Origin: Halodesulfurarchaeum sp.
Lineage (GTDB): Archaea > Halobacteriota > Halobacteria > Halobacteriales > Halobacteriaceae
Length of the DNA: 64,000 bases
Direction: 5' to 3'
NCBI GenBank assembly: GCA_034520565.1
Contig: JAXHNL010000002.1
Span: forward strand, 704,001 to 768,000
Notes under the pieces: generated by a model
Databases searched by the model: none
What the model saw: only the letters and a program-made list of their open reading frames with translations
What the model was told of the DNA's origin: nothing
In this document: piece by piece, positions 39,674-50,219 of the stretch
Numbering within the stretch: the stretch's first letter is position 1
How the letters are laid out: each line of letters starts with the position of its first letter
Position numbers and translations under genes: made by a program

Positions 39674-40459
39674 TTAGATCGCCCCCTCCTCGTGGAGTGC
39701 TTCAACGAGTTCGTCGACGGAGTCGACCATCTTCCGTTTCCGTTCGACCGGATCGGCGGTGTCCATCCCGCCGACGGAGGTCGGGGAGGCAGCGAGGCCC
39801 ACCGACTCCTCGATGCCGAGGTCGCTTGCGGAGTACTGCTCGGGCTCGAACTCCGTTTCCGAGAAGATCTTTCGGTGGAGGCCGGCGACTCGCGGCTCGT
39901 TCATGCCGAAGCCCACGGCCACGACGACCGGCAGGCTCGCTGCGATTTCCTCGTGACCGCCTTCGATGTCCCGGATGGCGACCAGTTCGTCGTCCTCGGG
40001 GCGCGGCTCGAGCTCCTCGACGTAGGTGAGCTGTGCCCAGTCGTTGTGGGCGGCGATGCCCGGTGGGACCTGGCCCGTCGAGGAGTCGGTACTCTCCTCG
40101 CCACAGATCACGACGTCGGCGTCGAGTTCCTCGGCGATGGTGGCCAACGCGAGGCTCGTCGGCCAGGTGTCACTACCGCCGAACGCTCGGTCGGTCAGCA
40201 GGACGCCGTCGTCGGCCCCGAGCCCGACTGCCGTTTCGAGCACGGCCGTGGCGAAGGGCGGCCCCATCGTGACGGCGGTCACCGTTCCGCCCACTTCCTC
40301 TTTCAGTTCCAGCGCCGCCTCGACCGCGTTGAAGTCCGGTTTGTTGAGGACGGCCTCGGCGTCGGAGCGATTCAGCGTTCCGGTGTCGGGATCGATCGAG
40401 ACGTCGTCGGCGTCGGGTACCTGTTTGACACAGACGACTATGTTCCATTCTCGTGACAT
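39674..40459 (-). CDS. fixA: Electron transfer flavoprotein beta (FixA)
   Basis: VCVKQVPD, TGTLNR, MGPP, DRAFGGSDTWPTS, TGQVP. Confidence 0.92.
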   Translation of the reverse strand: MSREWNIVVCVKQVPDADDVSIDPDTGTLNRSDAEAVLNKPDFNAVEAALELKEEVGGTVTAVTMGPPFATAVLETAVGLGADDGVLLTDRAFGGSDTWPTSLALATIAEELDADVVICGEESTDSSTGQVPPGIAAHNDWAQLTYVEELEPRPEDDELVAIRDIEGGHEEIAASLPVVVAVGFGMNEPRVAGLHRKIFSETEFEPEQYSASDLGIEESVGLAASPTSVGGMDTADPVERKRKMVDSVDELVEALHEEGAI

Positions 40460-40741
40460 ATGCGTATCGATGGTGGCTGGCCGGCTCCGTGTCCCGATCC
40501 GTTCGTCCGTCCAATCGGCGGAACACACGCTCTCCAGGGCGGTTCGTTCGTCATCCGACCGGTCGCGCGCCGGGTTTCTTGCACCAGTGTTGGCAAACTT
40601 TGCGGGCCCCGGCAATGAATCCACCTCTTTTTCCCGGCGACCGACAGTGTAGATCTGCCACAGTGACACACACGACTGTCGCGCGAACCAACTTCCCGAC
40701 AGCTGAACGGACTTATTTGGCTCGCTGCCCTATTCCGCTCC

Positions 40742-42737
40742 GTGAGCACCCGGACCGAGGCCCTCGACGCCCTGATCTTCGGCGTCGACGTGCAGAGTGG
40801 CGACGTGCGCGGTGACACGCCGTCTTACGCGCTGTGTGTCTTCGACGGCGAGCCGGCGGAGCGGACGACCGTGAGCTATCACAATCTTCTCCGGCGGATC
40901 CAGGACGTCGAACCCGACCTCGTGGCAACGGACAACATGTACGAGCTGGCGGCGGACAAGGACGATCTCGTCCGCTTCCTCCAGCGCTTGCCGGCCGAGA
41001 CCACCCTCGTCCAGGTAACCGGCGACGAGCGTCCCGAACCCCTCTCACGCGTGGCGAATCGCCACGGGGTCCCGTACGATGCCGATCCGATGGCGGAAGC
41101 CGAGGCGGCAGCGAGGCTCGCGGCCCGGAACGTCGGGTTCGCCGTTCGGGCCTTCGCCGATCGTACGACTGTCAAGATCTCGCGAGGCCGCTCGATCGGG
41201 AAGGGCGGGTCGAGCGAAGACCGCTACACGCGTCGGATCCACGGGCACGTCAAGACCGAGGCCCGGCGCGTGGAGTCGGCCCTCGAGGAGGCCGGGCTGG
41301 CGTTCGAACGGGACGTCACCGAGAAGTACGGCGGCTTTTCCAACGCGGTCTTTACCGTCGAGGCCCCGGTGAGCGAGATTCCCGTGTCCGCCGGCCGGTC
41401 GGGGGACACCCGGATCGAGATCGAGCCGGTCAAGCGCGACGGGATCGACTTCGAACCGCTCGTGACCCGGCGGGACCGGGTCTTCGTGGGCGTCGATCCC
41501 GGGACGACCACTGCCGTGGGGATCGTCGACCTCGACGGGACACCCCTTGAGACCTGGCACAGCCGGACGGCCGACATGGCCGGGGTCATCGAGTGGATCA
41601 TCGAGCGCGGGCGGCCGGTGCTCGTCGCCGCGGACGTCACGCCGATGCCCGAGACCGTCGAGAAGATCCGGCGGAGCTTCGACGCCGCCGCCTGGACGCC
41701 AGCGACGGACCTGCCGGTCGACGAGAAACTCCACCGGACCCGCGAGTCGGCGACGGCGAACGACCACGAACGGGACGCCCTGGCCGCCGCGCTGTTCGCC
41801 CATGACGCATACGAGGACACTATCGAGCGGATCGTCTCGAAGGTCCCTCGGACGGCCGACCGCGAGGCGGTCGTCGGCGAGGTGATCAAAGACGAAACCA
41901 CCGTCGAGGCGGTGCTCAGGGCACAGGAGGCAGCCGACGAGGAACCGGCGGCCGAATCGGGGCCGGAGCCGGCCGAGCCGAGCCCCGAACAGCGCCGCAT
42001 CCGGGACCTCGAAACGCAGGTCGAGCGGCTCCAGTCCCACGTCGAGGACCTCAAAGGTCGCCTCGACGAGAAGGATGCCACCATCGAGGACCTGCAAGCG
42101 CAACTCTCCGAGGCCAAGCGGGAGGAACGGACCGAGGCCCGGGCCCGCCGGGAGGTCTCGAAGCTCCGCTGGGAGACCGACCGGCTGGAGGCCGAACTCG
42201 AGACGGAGCGGCGGGCCCGCGAAGACCTCGAAGGCAAACTCGAGCGGCTGAAGGAGCTCTGGAAGCTCGATCACTCGAACTTCCCCGACGTCGACCAGTC
42301 CGGCGATCTCACGCCGGTGAAGGTGATCGAGAAGTTCACCGTCGAGGCGATCGAGGCCGCCCACGAGGCCTACGGGATCGCCTCCGGGGACGTGGTCTAT
42401 CTGCGCGACGCCTCCGGGGCCGGTCGCCGGACGGCCGAGCGGCTGATCGAGTTCGAACCGCGGCTCGTCATCCGGAACGGCGGGGTTTCGGACGTGGCCG
42501 ACCGGTTGCTGTTCGAGAACCGGGTGCCCGTGGCTCCGGCCGAACTGGTGACGATCCAGGAGGTCGACGAATTGGCGGTCGCTCGAGAAGACGGACGTCG
42601 AGGCGGCGATCGAGGACTGGGAGGGGCGGGCCGCGGAGCGCCGCCGCTCGCAGAACGCCGAGATGGTCGATCAGCTCATCTCCGAGCACCGGGCCGACCG
42701 GCGGGACGCCGACCCGAGCGAGTTGCTGGACTCTTGA
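40742..42737 (+). CDS. DUF460 protein (RNase H-like domain plus coiled coil); frameshift near 42590
   Basis: GGSSEDRYTRRIHG, VGVDPGTTTAVG, NDHERDALAAA. Confidence 0.85.
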
Positions 42738-43017
42738 GGGGGGGGCGGGCGAACAGGTGGCCTGCCAGCCGTGGCTGGCGGTCGTCCCGGAACGGTGGGC
42801 CACACCCGGCAGGCGGTGGACTGCTCACAGGGGCATCGTCTGCCGCGGTCGGAAAACCCGCACTCGCGAACCGTTCCGGGCGAGTGTCAGGGCATGGCTG
42901 GGGATGGTCGGGTTTTCGTACTTGAACCTCGGGGGGGGGGGTGGCGGCGGGAAATCGGGCCCACCTCGATGGAGAATTTCCAGAAGCCATAACCCCTCGG
43001 CCCGATTGCGAAGGGAT

Positions 43018-43998
43018 ATGGACCCCTACGACCTCCTGACACGGAACGCCTCGGAGGTGGTTACGGAGGACGAACTCCGGCAGATCGCGGCCGATCCCGC
43101 GGGCAAGCGAGCCTACGTGGGCTATGAGCCCTCCGGTGTTCTCCACATCGGGCACCTGCTGACGGCGAACAAGTTGATTGACCTGCAGGAGGCGGGGCTC
43201 GAGGTCGTCGTCCTTCTCGCGGACGTGCACGCGTATCTCAACGGCAAGGGCACCTTCGAGGAGATTCGGGAGACCGCCGAGCAGATGAAGGCACAGTTCG
43301 TCGCCTACGGTCTCGACCCCGAGCAGACGGAGTTCCGCTATGGCTCGGAGTTCCAGCTCGAGGAGGCGTACGTCCTCGACCTCCACACCCTGGCCCTCAA
43401 GACCTCGCTCAACCGCGCCCAGCGAGCGATGGCCGAGATCCAGAGTGGCGAGACGGTCACGGTCTCCCACGTGATCTATCCGCTGATGCAGGTGCTCGAC
43501 ATCGAGTATCTTGACCTCGATCTCGCGGTCGGCGGGCTGGACCAGCGGAAGGTCCACATGCTCGCCCGGGAGGAACTCCCGAGTCTGGGATATGACGTCC
43601 GCCCCGCGATCCACACCCCGATATTGGGCGACCTGACGACCGGCGAAGGGAAGATGTCCTCCAGCGAGGGCCTCACTCTCTCGATGGAGGATTCGACGGA
43701 CGCCATCGAGGAGAAGGTCAACAAGGCGTTCTGTCCGCCGACCCGGGACCCCGAGGGGGAGAAAGTGAACCCGGTGCTCGAACTCTTCGCGTACCAGATC
43801 TTCCCCCGCTTCGAGACGGTGCGGATCGAACGTCCCGAGGAGTACGGCGGCGACCTGACCTACGAGGACTACGAGGCACTTGCCGAGGACCTCGAATCAG
43901 GCGACCTCCATCCGGCGGACGCCAAGTCCGCGCTGGCGAGCCACCTCGATGACTTGATCGCCCCGGGTCGAACGCGGTTGCGGGAGCTTCGGGAGTAA
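43018..43998 (+). CDS. tyrS: Tyrosine--tRNA ligase
   Basis: YVGYEPSG, HIGH, YPLMQ, GGLDQRK, KMSSS. Confidence 0.96.
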   Translation: MDPYDLLTRNASEVVTEDELRQIAADPAGKRAYVGYEPSGVLHIGHLLTANKLIDLQEAGLEVVVLLADVHAYLNGKGTFEEIRETAEQMKAQFVAYGLDPEQTEFRYGSEFQLEEAYVLDLHTLALKTSLNRAQRAMAEIQSGETVTVSHVIYPLMQVLDIEYLDLDLAVGGLDQRKVHMLAREELPSLGYDVRPAIHTPILGDLTTGEGKMSSSEGLTLSMEDSTDAIEEKVNKAFCPPTRDPEGEKVNPVLELFAYQIFPRFETVRIERPEEYGGDLTYEDYEALAEDLESGDLHPADAKSALASHLDDLIAPGRTRLRELRE

Positions 43999-44540
43999 TC
44001 AGATCGCAGGATCGACGTCGCTGGTAGTGCTATCCCCCGAGCGGACTTCATCGATCAGGGCGTCGACCCGTTCCTCGATCTCGTCTCTGATCTCCCGGAT
44101 CGTCTCCGGGGGCTTGCCGTCCGGATCCTCGAGGTCCCAGTCCCGGTTCTCCCCGGCCCACCCGGCCGGACAGACGTCCTCGGCCGAACAGCCCATGGTG
44201 ATGACGTAATCGCTGTCACGGGTCTCCTCGAACGTGATCTCCCGTGGGGTACGGTTCCGCAGGTCGAACCCCACCTCGTCCATCGTCTCGATGACGCCCG
44301 CGTGAACGTGGTCGGCGGGCCGGGTTCCGCCGGTGAGCAGTTCGATCTCCCCCTCGAGGTCGCGCTCGGCGACCGCTCGCTGGGCGAAGGCGTAGGCCAT
44401 CTGGGAGCGACCGGCGTTTTGCACGCAGACGAACGCGCCGCGAGCCGCCTCGGCTCCTCGAAGGCGGCCATTGGACGCCCGGCGTTCTGCACGCAGACGA
44501 ACGCAATATGAACAGCTTCGGACGTATCGCTCGAGTTCAT
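43999..44540 (-). CDS. arsC: LMW-PTP-type arsenate reductase with a duplicated P-loop segment (out of frame as assembled)
   Basis: FVCVQNAGRSQMA, ITMGCS, VCP, DWDLEDP; the motif occurs twice, 68 nt apart. Confidence 0.8.
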
Positions 44541-44717
44541 CCCGTGGTCGTTCGTCGGGCGAGGTTAAAACGAGTCGGCGCTGCGTTGCCGGGATTAGGG
44601 ACCTTCCCGTACAGTCTTCGATCCCCACGGAGACGTTCACCGTGATGTGGTTCACCTGGGCAAACGAACCCAAAGTTTCAACGCGCGGGACGCCGCCACG
44701 TTCACGTGGAGCGGATG

Positions 44718-45631
44718 TCACTCCCCTCGCAAACTTTTCATCGCCCCCTGGAGGCCCTGGAGGCCCGAAACGATCCGGCCATTTCCCCGCGGGGGATGCC
44801 GACGTACATCTCCGAGGCCCCGAGTTTGCCGGCCGAGCGGCAGCCGTAACACCCCAGACTGAAGTTCACCTCCCCTTCTTCGTAGGGAAGCGCGGTGACG
44901 TCGCCACACGAGGCCTGCATGCCGGCGAAGTTCGCGGTGACCCGCGGGCCGCCGTCCTCGAAGAGCATCGAATTCGCGACCCACATGGCCTGTTCCGGTC
45001 GGAGGACCAGAACGACCACGTCCGGTTCGAACGGCGCGTTTCCCAGCGGACCGATCAACGTACCAGCCGTCTCCTCGCTCGTTCTCGGAACCTCCTCCAT
45101 GATGCGAGCGGCCGCCTCCTGGGAGGACGCCAAGCCGTGCATGTGGGGGACTTTGCCGCTTGCGACCTTCTCCGGCAACTCGGAAATGCCGAGGGCGGCC
45201 TTTGCCGCTGCACAGGCGTGCCCCTCGGCGGGCAAGTAGAAGGTCTCGCCGAGCGAGCCCATGTGGATCGAGACGCAGTGTCGGACCGGAACGTCGAGCT
45301 GTTTCACTTCCTCGGGCACGTCCCCATTCCCGTTCACGAGTTTGATTCCGACCGGGTGTTTCTCGAGATCGAGGATCTCCTGAAGGCTTTCGGCCCAGTC
45401 GACGTACCGTTGTTCGGCTTCGAACTCCACGTCGTACTCGGTACCGTTTCGCTCCTTTCGGATATCGATCGCGTCCGTGGGACACTGGTCGGCACACACC
45501 CCGCACAGCGTACACGCCGATTCGTCGGCCAGAACCGGCCGGCCGTCGTCCATTTCGAAGACATCGGCGGGACAGATCTCGGCACATGTCCCACACCCGA
45601 TACAGTCCTGCTGTTGTATTTGGATGGACAT
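44718..45631 (-). CDS. 2x[4Fe-4S] ferredoxin fused to a DUF169-like domain (frameshift near the 3' end)
   Basis: CIGCGTCAEICP / CTLCGVCADQCP, then PVGIKL, RHC, HACAAA, FEPDVV, QASCGD, SLGCYGCR. Confidence 0.8.
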
Positions 45632-45643
45632 TTTCGTTTGGAG

Positions 45644-45988
45644 TCAGGCTGACTGGGTGCCAGTTTCCGTCCGTCGTTCGATCTCCTCGCGGGCCCTGGC
45701 AACGAGTTCGTGTTCCTGGATCGATTCGTGGACGCGTTCTTCGGGTGGGAACGCTATTGCGCCGGTCGGGCAGTAGGTTCCACAGGTCGAACAGCCCACT
45801 TTACACTGGAGCGGGTTTTCGACGACGGCCACCTCGCTTTCGGCGTCGTATGCGAGCACGTCTCGTCCACAACCCATGACACAGAGACCACAGCCCGCAC
45901 AGGTTTCCTCGTCCAGGGTCGGGTGCCAGTCGATTTCGTTCCTGTCCACGCCCATCCACGTGGCGAACTTCTCGGGGATGTCAGTCAT
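45644..45988 (-). CDS. 4Fe-4S dicluster ferredoxin
   Basis: CAGCGLCVMGC and CKVGCSTCGTYCP. Confidence 0.88.
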   Translation of the reverse strand: MTDIPEKFATWMGVDRNEIDWHPTLDEETCAGCGLCVMGCGRDVLAYDAESEVAVVENPLQCKVGCSTCGTYCPTGAIAFPPEERVHESIQEHELVARAREEIERRTETGTQSA

Positions 45989-46208
45989 GGTCGTTTGCTG
46001 TTACAAAAAAATTTGAAATGAGTGGGCATAAACTTGCCGGCATTTTCACGACGGTGACAAGCGATGTGTCACTCTCGTCAGTGGAGTTCTCTCCCGGGGA
46101 CCAGTTACTGACCGAGCCGTTGCCTTCGAGGACGGGTTCGGATCATTCACCGACTCTGGTGACCCGATATGGGCCGCCCAACACTGGAAACCATCGCTAC
46201 CGGGTCGT

Positions 46209-47453
46209 TCAGCGACGCGCCGCGAACGATTTTGGAAGCCGTCGATACCACTCGGCGGTTCGTTCGAGTGCCTCGATGGGGACGAACTCGTCGACGGCGT
46301 GGGCCGTATCGCTGCCGATAGCACACTCGACGGTCGGAATACCCACAGTCCGGAGTTTCTTCGCGTCGCCACCACCGGTGGCACAGCGGGAAAGCGGCCG
46401 AGCTGAAAGGACCTCCCCGGCGGCTGCGGTGACGGCCTGGACGAGTGGTGAGTCGGGATCGACGTAGGTGCCCTCCGCCCAGGAGACGGACCGAATTTCG
46501 ACGTGTTCCCGGCCTGCGATACACGCCCGGATGTCCTCGAGGACCGTCTCGGTGGACGCGCCGGGTGTCACCCGAACGTCGAGTTCGGCGGTCGCAGTCC
46601 GGGGGACGCTGTTGACGGTATCGCCCCCGACCAGTCGTCCGAGGTTGAACGTCGGGTGCTCGAACAGTTCCTCGAGGTGTGTCCCCGCACCGCACGGACA
46701 GGAGTCGTAGTACGCCCGGGACTCCTCGAGGATCCGTTCGACTGCCGGGTCGAACGTCAGTTGGCGTGACGTGATCGACTCGCGACAGGCATCGATCACA
46801 GAGTAGAGGTGATCGATCGCGTTCTCGCCGTTCATCGGTCGGGATCCATGGGCGGCCAGGCCGGTCGCCTCCAGGGTCAACCAGATCCGCCCCTTGTCGG
46901 CGACGGCGATCGAACAGGCATCCTCGACGCAGGTCGTCTCGCCGACGACGGCCGCATCGGCGGTGATCGCGTCGGTCTTCAGGACGGCGTCGATGCCGTC
47001 GGTTCCGCCCGTTTCCTCGTCGCTGACAACGGCGAACTGCAAGGTGACCGGCGGCGGTGCCGCGGCCGTCGCAAAATGTCGAAACGTTTCGAGGATCACC
47101 GCGACGGTCCCCTTCATATCCGTCGCTCCGCGGCCGTAGATCCGACCGTCCCGTTCCTCCCCGAGCGGGTCGATCGACCACGGTTCTGGGTCGAACGGGA
47201 CGGTATCGACGTGACCCTCGTACAGGAGCGTCGTCTCCGAATCCCCAGGGAGGGTGACGACGAGGTTCGGTTTCGATGGATCGGGGGCGATCCATTCGGT
47301 CTCGACGTCGAACTGTTCGACGTATTCCCGGACCCATTCCATGGCAGCCCGGGTCTCGCCCGGCGGGTTTTGCGTATCGAAGGCCAGCAACTGTCGTGTC
47401 GTCTCGACGAGGCGGTCACGTCGCCGGGTTTCCGTGGATCGGGTCGCGTTCAT
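46209..47453 (-). CDS. M20 (ArgE/DapE-like) metallohydrolase
   Basis: GHVDTVP, GRGATDMKG, SDEETGG, AHGS, AHAVDE. Confidence 0.9.
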   Translation of the reverse strand: MNATRSTETRRRDRLVETTRQLLAFDTQNPPGETRAAMEWVREYVEQFDVETEWIAPDPSKPNLVVTLPGDSETTLLYEGHVDTVPFDPEPWSIDPLGEERDGRIYGRGATDMKGTVAVILETFRHFATAAAPPPVTLQFAVVSDEETGGTDGIDAVLKTDAITADAAVVGETTCVEDACSIAVADKGRIWLTLEATGLAAHGSRPMNGENAIDHLYSVIDACRESITSRQLTFDPAVERILEESRAYYDSCPCGAGTHLEELFEHPTFNLGRLVGGDTVNSVPRTATAELDVRVTPGASTETVLEDIRACIAGREHVEIRSVSWAEGTYVDPDSPLVQAVTAAAGEVLSARPLSRCATGGGDAKKLRTVGIPTVECAIGSDTAHAVDEFVPIEALERTAEWYRRLPKSFAARR

Positions 47454-47487
47454 TTTTTTCGGGACGGGAATCTCGTCGGTCCGAATC

Positions 47488-47670
47488 TCAACAACAGCCG
47501 TCGTCGCTACACACCGACCCGTAGTCGATGCCGGTCTCCCGTTCGATGGCCTGATTGCAGCGCATCACGAGGTCGAAAAACTCCACTCGGCCGAGTTCCT
47601 CCCGCTCGGCGGCGAGCGCGTCCCCGAGGTCTTCGGCGGCCGCAATGACTGCCGATCCGTTTTCACTCAT
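47488..47670 (-). CDS. Short protein ending in CC (halo-CC-star small-type)
   Basis: 60 aa, ends GIDYGSVCSDDGCC stop. Confidence 0.75.
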   Translation of the reverse strand: MSENGSAVIAAAEDLGDALAAEREELGRVEFFDLVMRCNQAIERETGIDYGSVCSDDGCC

Positions 47671-48029
47671 GAGCAACACCCACCCGTCGATCGGGCGAAC
47701 TCCTCGCCGATTCGCTCGCTGATCGCGTCGTTCGTTTGTTCGAGCATCTCGATCAGTTCGGATTCGGCGCGTCGATACCGGGTGATCGTCTCGTTGTCGG
47801 CCATCTCGCGCCGGACGTCACGAAGCTCCGAGAGGACCTCTGGATCGCGGCCACCTCGCTCGAGGAGGACCTGTTTTTGCTGGTACTGTCGGAGCAGATC
47901 CTGTGCGTTTTCGTCCTCGTCGAGGTCCTCGCGGGCATCGAGGAACGTCCGGTATCGATCCGAGTCTTTGATCGCCTCGACGAACGTCCGAAGTCGCGTG
48001 TCGATGTCGGGAGTCTGTTGTTCGCTCAT
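47667..48029 (-). CDS. YlbF/YmcA-like protein ending GGCCS (halo-CC-star large-type)
   Basis: AIKDSDRYRTF...DENAQDLLRQYQQKQ helical pattern; C-terminal CC. Confidence 0.75.
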   Translation of the reverse strand: MSEQQTPDIDTRLRTFVEAIKDSDRYRTFLDAREDLDEDENAQDLLRQYQQKQVLLERGGRDPEVLSELRDVRREMADNETITRYRRAESELIEMLEQTNDAISERIGEEFARSTGGCCS

Positions 48030-48036
48030 TCTATGG

Positions 48037-49221
48037 TCAGTCCTCGGTCTTCGACGGGTCGGCGCCGTCGATTTCCGCCGTGGGGGCCGGATCATCCAGC
48101 TGCCCGGTCACGTAGCCGCGCCAGTCGAACTTGCGCTGGAAGTACAGCGCGACGTTGACCAGCGCGAGCAGGACCGGCACCTCGATCAGCGGGCCGACGA
48201 CGGTGGCAAAGGCGACTCCGGAGCCGACGCCGAAGACCGCGACCGCGACGGCGATGGCGAGTTCGAAGTTGTTACTCGCGGCGGTGAACCCGATGGCCGT
48301 CGTCGTCGAGTAATCCGCACCGATGCCACGCCCCATCGCAAAGCTCACGAGGAACATCACGACGAAGTAGATGGTCAGGGGAACGGCGATGAGCAGGACG
48401 TCGGTGGGCTGGGCCACGATGCGCTCGCCCTGCATCGCGAACATCACGATGACCGTAAAGAGCAGGGCGATCAGGGTCAACGGGTCGATCCGCGGCGTGA
48501 ACTCCGTCTCGTACCACTCGGTGCCCTTGGTTCGGGTCCCGACGTACCGGGAGAGGATGCCGGCCGCGAAGGGGATGCCCAGGAAGATGGCGATAGCCTC
48601 GAAGACCTGCATTGGCGTGATGCCGAAGGCCTCGATGCCGGCCGCGAGTCCCTCGAGCCCGAGCAGCCCGGGCATGTAGAGGGCGAAAAACCAGATGTAC
48701 ACGCCGTAGGTAACGATCTGGAAGACGCTGTTGAACGCGACGAGTCCGGCTGCGTACTCCGCCGACCCCTCCGCGAGGTCGTTCCAGACCAGCACCATCG
48801 CGATGCAGCGGGCCATCCCGATGAACACGAGGCCGAGGAAGAACTCGGGGCGGGCGGGAAGCCCGGGGGCGATCCCGCTGAAGAAGACGATCGCCAGGGC
48901 GAACATCACGGTCGGGCCGATCAGCCAGTTCTGAATCAGGCTCAGGCCCAGCACCTTCCACTGAGCGAACACCCGGGGCAACTGGCCGTAGTTGACCTTC
49001 GCGAGCGGCGGGTACATCATCAAGATGAGCCCGATCGGCACGAGGTGGTACTGCTGGATGGGGCCTGTCACTCCCGGCGCGACGTAACCCAGCCCGACGC
49101 CGATCACCATCGCGGAGATGATCCAGACGCTGAGGTACTTATCGAGGAAGTCCATCGACCGGGGATCGCCACAGTCCGGGCAATCGCAGTTCGGCCCGTG
49201 CTCGTGCTCGAGGTCACTCAT
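48037..49221 (-). CDS. acr3: Acr3 arsenite efflux transporter
   Basis: GLILMMYPPL, QNWLIGP, ARCIAMVLVWN, SNNFELAIAVA, GPLIEVPV. Confidence 0.95.
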   Translation of the reverse strand: MSDLEHEHGPNCDCPDCGDPRSMDFLDKYLSVWIISAMVIGVGLGYVAPGVTGPIQQYHLVPIGLILMMYPPLAKVNYGQLPRVFAQWKVLGLSLIQNWLIGPTVMFALAIVFFSGIAPGLPARPEFFLGLVFIGMARCIAMVLVWNDLAEGSAEYAAGLVAFNSVFQIVTYGVYIWFFALYMPGLLGLEGLAAGIEAFGITPMQVFEAIAIFLGIPFAAGILSRYVGTRTKGTEWYETEFTPRIDPLTLIALLFTVIVMFAMQGERIVAQPTDVLLIAVPLTIYFVVMFLVSFAMGRGIGADYSTTTAIGFTAASNNFELAIAVAVAVFGVGSGVAFATVVGPLIEVPVLLALVNVALYFQRKFDWRGYVTGQLDDPAPTAEIDGADPSKTED

Positions 49222-49609
49222 CCACACGCACCTCCTCGAGTGCCGAGACGATGGCTTCCGTCGTCTCGGTCGCCCGGTACTTCCGCCACCGACCGTCCTT
49301 GCGTCGGGTGACGAGGCCAGCCTCTCGTAGATCGGCGAGCGCGTGACTGATTGCGCTTTCGCTCACGTCCACGAGGGCGTTGAGTTCGCAGACACAGAGT
49401 TCGTCCGCGGCGTGAACGAGCCCCCGGACCAGGCGATAGCGGGTCTCGTTCCCGAGCGCAGAGAAGACGGCGAGGTCGGATTCGATTCGATCGCCCCGGG
49501 TCCGCTCCCTGAGACCGTCGAGTTCCGTGAGCCGCAGTTCGGTGTCTTCGGGACGACAGACCTCGAGTTCGTTTTCGAGATGGCGCGTTACCCGATCGAT
49601 CGTTTCCAT
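49214..49609 (-). CDS. ArsR family regulator
   Basis: ELCVCEL, SAISHAL, RRKDGRWRKY. Confidence 0.92.
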   Translation of the reverse strand: METIDRVTRHLENELEVCRPEDTELRLTELDGLRERTRGDRIESDLAVFSALGNETRYRLVRGLVHAADELCVCELNALVDVSESAISHALADLREAGLVTRRKDGRWRKYRATETTEAIVSALEEVRVDE

Positions 49610-49739
49610 ATGAATACTTGTGCAATCATTCAATTAAAGCGTGTTGGTCTCTGCGAGACGCTCACTCCGACCGCGAGCTACCGACGAACGTTCGCATCGC
49701 TTTCGGCAGCCGAGTCCGACCCGGCTGAGTGATCAGCTC

Positions 49740-50111
49740 TTAGGCGTCAAAGGCGTCCGCGATGTCGAGCAGTTGGAACACTGCCGTATCGCCGATTCGG
49801 TAGAAGGTCCATTTACCCTGTCGCCGTTTCTTGACCATCCCGGCATTGGCGAGTTCCCGGAGGTGGCTTGCGACAGTCGATTGGGGGGCATCGAGGATGA
49901 CCTGGAGCTCACAGGCACACATCTCGCCGTCACGGAGTGCTTCGAGGATTCGAACCCGGTGTTCGTTCGCCAGGGCTTTGAACACTGTCAGTTGGGCGTC
50001 GACCTGCTCGTCGTCTGCGTCGAGTTCGAACAACGTCGATATCTGCTCTTCGGGGTTCTCGTAGAGGCGTTCCAGGGTCTGCCGTGCCGATTCCGGTACT
50101 GAGTCGCTCAT
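49740..50111 (-). CDS. ArsR family regulator
   Basis: EMCACEL, QSTVASHL. Confidence 0.92.
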   Translation of the reverse strand: MSDSVPESARQTLERLYENPEEQISTLFELDADDEQVDAQLTVFKALANEHRVRILEALRDGEMCACELQVILDAPQSTVASHLRELANAGMVKKRRQGKWTFYRIGDTAVFQLLDIADAFDA

Positions 50112-50219
50112 GGTAGTGGTCTCGTGTCGACGAGGAAGTCGAGGGTAACGAATTGATATTGATCGGTTCGAAGGAAAAATGTTCGGCTACACTGTGCGGT
50201 TAGCGGTGGCCGGCTCCGC

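Noticed and set aside
42931-42941. G11 tract upstream of tyrS as a phase-variation site
   Set aside because: Intergenic, homopolymer length is unreliable in this assembly, and there is no link to a contingency gene.
47254-49311. Long ORF-track entries such as 685 aa (47254..49311 +), 622 aa (29285..31153 +), 605 aa (60808..62625 +) and 586 aa (22443..24203 -)
   Set aside because: Antisense or off-frame shadows of well-supported genes, typical of high-GC DNA; no motifs of their own.
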